Below are positions 58,514 to 62,737 of a stretch of 62,737 nucleotides of DNA, in pieces. Below the pieces are notes generated by a model that saw only the letters and a list, made by a program, of their open reading frames with translations, ran no database searches and was not told the origin of the DNA. Origin of the DNA: Eledone cirrhosa (Eukaryota). Position 1 is the stretch's first letter; each line of letters opens with the position of its first letter. The DNA lies in contig CAXHJY010001166.1 of the NCBI GenBank assembly GCA_964016885.1, positions 1 through 62,737 of the forward strand. Reading direction: 5' to 3'. Position numbers and translations under genes: made by a program.

Positions 58514-59255
58514 GAACAATAGTTTATCCAATATTTAAGTGTATCTGTTGCAGTTATATGCAGTTTATAACCTTATTTATACAAGTTTCTATTTAATATA
58601 TTTAATTCAAATGATTAAGAGTTCAGAGACTTATGGACGAACAATAGTTTATCCAATGTTGAAGTGTATCTGTTGCAGTTATATGCGGTTTATAAGCTTG
58701 TTATATACAAGTTTCTATTTAATATATTTAATTCAAATGATTAAGAGTTCAGAGACTTATGGACGAACAATAGTTTATCCAATGTTGAAGTGTATCTGTT
58801 GCAGTTATATGCGGTTTATAAGCTTGTTATATACAAGTTTCTATTTAATATATTTAATTCAAATGATTAAGAGTTCAGAGACTTATGGACGAACAATAGT
58901 TTATCCAATGTTGAAGTGTATCTGTTGCAGTTATATGCGGTTTATAAGCTTGTTATATACAAGTTTCTATTTAATATATTTAATTCAAATGATTAAGAGT
59001 TCAGAGACTTATGGACGAACAATAGTTTATCCAATGTTGAAGTGTATCTGTTGCAGTTATATGCGGTTTATAAGCTTGTTATATACAAGTTTCTATTTAA
59101 TATATTTAATTCAAATGATTAAGAGTTCAGAGACTTACGGATGAACAATAAATTATCCAATGTTGAAGTGTATCGTTTGTAGTTATATGCGGTTTATAAG
59201 CTTGTCATGCATAAGTTTCTAGTTAATATATTTAATTCAAATGAAGAGTTCAGAG
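58514..59255. repeat. 126-bp tandem repeat, ~5.9 units
   Basis: gaacaata anchors at 58514, 58639, 58765, 58891, 59017 and 59143. Confidence 0.95.
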
Positions 59256-59474
59256 AGTAGAGGCCATTTTATAAAGCGCAATTATTTTGTGTATTGTCCG
59301 CGTAGAATCAATGCATTTCAATAAAAGGTTAAACCAAATATTCCTCTTCGTGTTAACAAGGAACGTTAATTATCAAAGCGCCCATAAGACCACATAACCT
59401 TGGTCATGCACTCCTCAGCACAAGTTATGGCATGAAAGCACTGGTAATGAATGGCTATATACAGAGGTACGTAC

Positions 59475-59512
<38 letters not shown>

Positions 59513-59738
59513 CTATATATATAAATAAATATATATAAATAAATATATATAAATAAATATATATAAATCTCTATATATGTATATATAAATCTCTATATAT
59601 AAATCTCTATATATATATATATATAAATAAATATAAATATATAAATATAAATCTATATATATAAATATAAATCTCTATATATAAATAAATATAAATCTAT
59701 ATATATAAATAAATATAAATCTATATATATAAATATAA

Positions 59739-59783
<45 letters not shown>

Positions 59784-60408
59784 TATATATATAAAAATAT
59801 ATATATATAAAAATATATATATATAAAAATATATATATATAAAAATATATATATATATATAAAAATATAAATATATATATAAAAAAATATAAATATATAA
59901 ATATATATATAAATATACACACACATGCGTGTGCAAAGACACACATATATAAGTGTGTGTGTGTGTGTGTGTGTATATCTTTGTGTGTGTGTGTGTATAT
60001 CTTTGTGTATGTATGTTTGCCTATATGCATGCAAGAATGTATATGTGCATGTATATATATATATATACATGTATGTATATATATATATATATACATGTAT
60101 GTATATATATATATATACATGTATGTATATATATATATATATATACATGTATGTATATATATATATATATATACATGTATGTATATATATATATATACAT
60201 GTATGTATATATATATATATATATACATGTATGTATATATATATATATACATGTATGTATATATATATATATATATACATGTATGTATATATATATATAT
60301 ATACATGTATGTATATATATATATACATGTATGTATATATATATATACATGTATGTATATATATATATACATGTATGTATATATATATATATATATATAT
60401 ACATGTAA

Positions 60409-60494
<86 letters not shown>

Positions 60495-60605
60495 ATGTAT
60501 GTATATATATATATGTATGTATATATATATATATATGTATGTATATATATATATATGTATGTATATATATATATATATGTATGTATATATATATATATAT
60601 GTATG

Positions 60606-60636
<31 letters not shown>

Positions 60637-60821
60637 ATATATATATGTATGTATATATATATATATGTATGTATGTATATATATATATATGTATGTATAT
60701 ATATATATATATATGTATGTATATATATATGTATATGTATGTATATATATATATATATGTATGTATATATATATGTATATGTATGTATATATATATATAT
60801 ATATGTATGTATATATATATG

Positions 60822-60902
<81 letters not shown>

Positions 60903-60915
60903 ATATATATGTATA

Positions 60916-60946
<31 letters not shown>

Positions 60947-60970
60947 GCATATATATATATATATATATGC

Positions 60971-61014
<44 letters not shown>

Positions 61015-61083
61015 GCATATATATATATATATGCATATATATATATATATGCATATATATATATATGCATATATATATATATA

Positions 61084-61168
<85 letters not shown>
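59475..61168. repeat. (TA)-based compound microsatellite
   Basis: Direct reading; source of the spurious 400-540 aa ORFs. Confidence 0.95.
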
Positions 61169-61170
<2 letters not shown>

Positions 61171-61357
61171 CGAAGGAAATGTGGTAAGGAACCAGGTGGA
61201 CCATAACGCACCAAAGTACTCAATACTTGAGGTAGTAGAGTGGGTAATAGGAACCAGTAAGACCCCGACAGCTGAGCTCAAGCCGTTTCGACGGCTAATT
61301 CTGGCCAGAATTAGCCGTCGAAACGACTTGAGCTCAGCTGTCGGGGTCTTACTGGTT

Positions 61358-61362
<5 letters not shown>
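61169..61362 (-). mobile_element. Family-X fold-back element (most intact copy)
   Basis: Palindrome 61247-61362 centred ctgg|ccag at 61304/61305, (TA)n on both sides. Confidence 0.8.
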
Positions 61363-61429
<67 letters not shown>

Positions 61430-62199
61430 TGATCATTTCAACCCATGAACATATTGTCTGTAGTTAGGATCAACATTTAATTTACAATATATAATGCTTT
61501 CCTCATGTGGGAAAGATGAAACGAACTGGATGATACATACGCCTTACCGCCATACATCATTAGAAAGGACAGTAGCGTAATTATCGCTGAGATCACACGA
61601 TCTTACAGATAGACAGAATATTATTCTTCCTTGGGGATATATTATTATATAAAACAGGAAATATCACTTCGAATCCGATATGAAGATGACTGAATTTGAA
61701 GATAATAGAACTATTGGGCATTGCAGAAACCTATAATATTTTTTATTATAATACATTACGTCTATCAGTTTCGTAAGTAATTTGGGAGCATGTCGATGTT
61801 ATTGTGTTCATTTTACAATGTGGTGAAAATGTTGTTTTCTATTATAGGTGTATAGAAAAATAATAGGATAATCGATCGAATCGAATAAATTTATGTTTAA
61901 ATGTCACTTATTTTCTCGATCCCGAAAAATGACTTTGCGTGGGATATGCAAAAATGTAAAGTAAAGATACATGAAATATATAGATCACCACCATCATCAC
62001 TCGTCGACTAGATACAACGACCGCCATCTTAGAAAAAAATAGTAGATGTAGGCTTTAGTCGATTGTATCTCCCTATATTATATGATTGATACTTTATTTT
62101 ATTGATCCAAGAAGAATCAATACAGGATCAATGACTGCATTATCTTTTTCTTTTAAAAATAAATCTGATGAATTCATTCGGGAGTTTTATATCGAATAA

Positions 62200-62737
62200 G
62201 AATGTTTCTACTTTTTAGCAGAAGGCCAAGTACATTACTGGTACTTTATTTTATCAACCCTGTGTAGGATGGAAGGCAAAGTTAACCTCGGAAGTTTTTT
62301 AACTCGGAACGTAAAGGGCCATAACTCTATGCTGCAAAGCATGGTGTCTGACGTTCTAATTTAAATAATTGTTTCTACTTTTGGTACAAGGCCAGCAATT
62401 TATTACCTCAGTGCATTACTGGTACTTTATTTTATCGACCCCATAGGGATAGAAGGTAAAGTTTAACCTCGGCAGGATTTGAACTCAGAACGTAAAGGGT
62501 CATAACTATGCCGCAAAACATGGTGTCTCATGCTCTACCGATACTGCCAATCCACCGTCGAATAATAATTATTTCTAATTTTGGCACAAAGTCAGCAGTT
62601 ACCTCAGTAAATTACTGGTACTTTATTCAAATACTGTAAGGATTTGAACGGAGACCATTATTCTCTGTGCTTTAGATGACCATCGCTATTCTTTTGTTGT
62701 AACCGATAGAACAAAATGGCGGTGGATTGGCAGAATC
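62200..62737. mobile_element. Cluster of Meta-like SINE copies and fragments (three minus, one plus starting at ~62718)
   Basis: Family matches. Confidence 0.75.

Overview
AT-rich, microsatellite-dominated eukaryotic DNA, most likely intronic or intergenic sequence from a cephalopod (Octopus-like). The organism is inferred from the repeat content, not from a gene. I could not support any intact host protein-coding gene, and nearly all ORF-track entries are translations of (TA)n, (CA)n, (TAG)n or (TATG)n repeats. Recognisable content: (i) a frameshifted Dong/R4-like non-LTR retrotransposon RT fragment (44.4-46.0 kb); (ii) RTE-group LINE 3' fragments, including a 135-bp tandem array made from a LINE C-terminus; (iii) a ~600-bp bipartite non-autonomous RTE-like family with a C2H2 remnant (5 copies); (iv) two tRNA-derived SINE families, CORE-like and Meta-like, some with TSDs and nested insertions; (v) a Helentron/DINE-like element, a mariner-type MITE and several minisatellites. 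The most notable signal is at least seven sequence-unrelated families of short non-coding elements in (TA)n tracts. They carry minimal type I hammerhead ribozyme folds (CUGAnGA...GAAA, palindromic stem III, UH), are probably derived from Penelope-like elements or retrozymes, and often form long fold-back palindromes. One family has a compensatory U3-A8 core, one folds back on ribozyme stem II, and one copy ends exactly at the predicted cleavage site. Ribozyme activity is predicted from base-pairing read by eye and has not been demonstrated.
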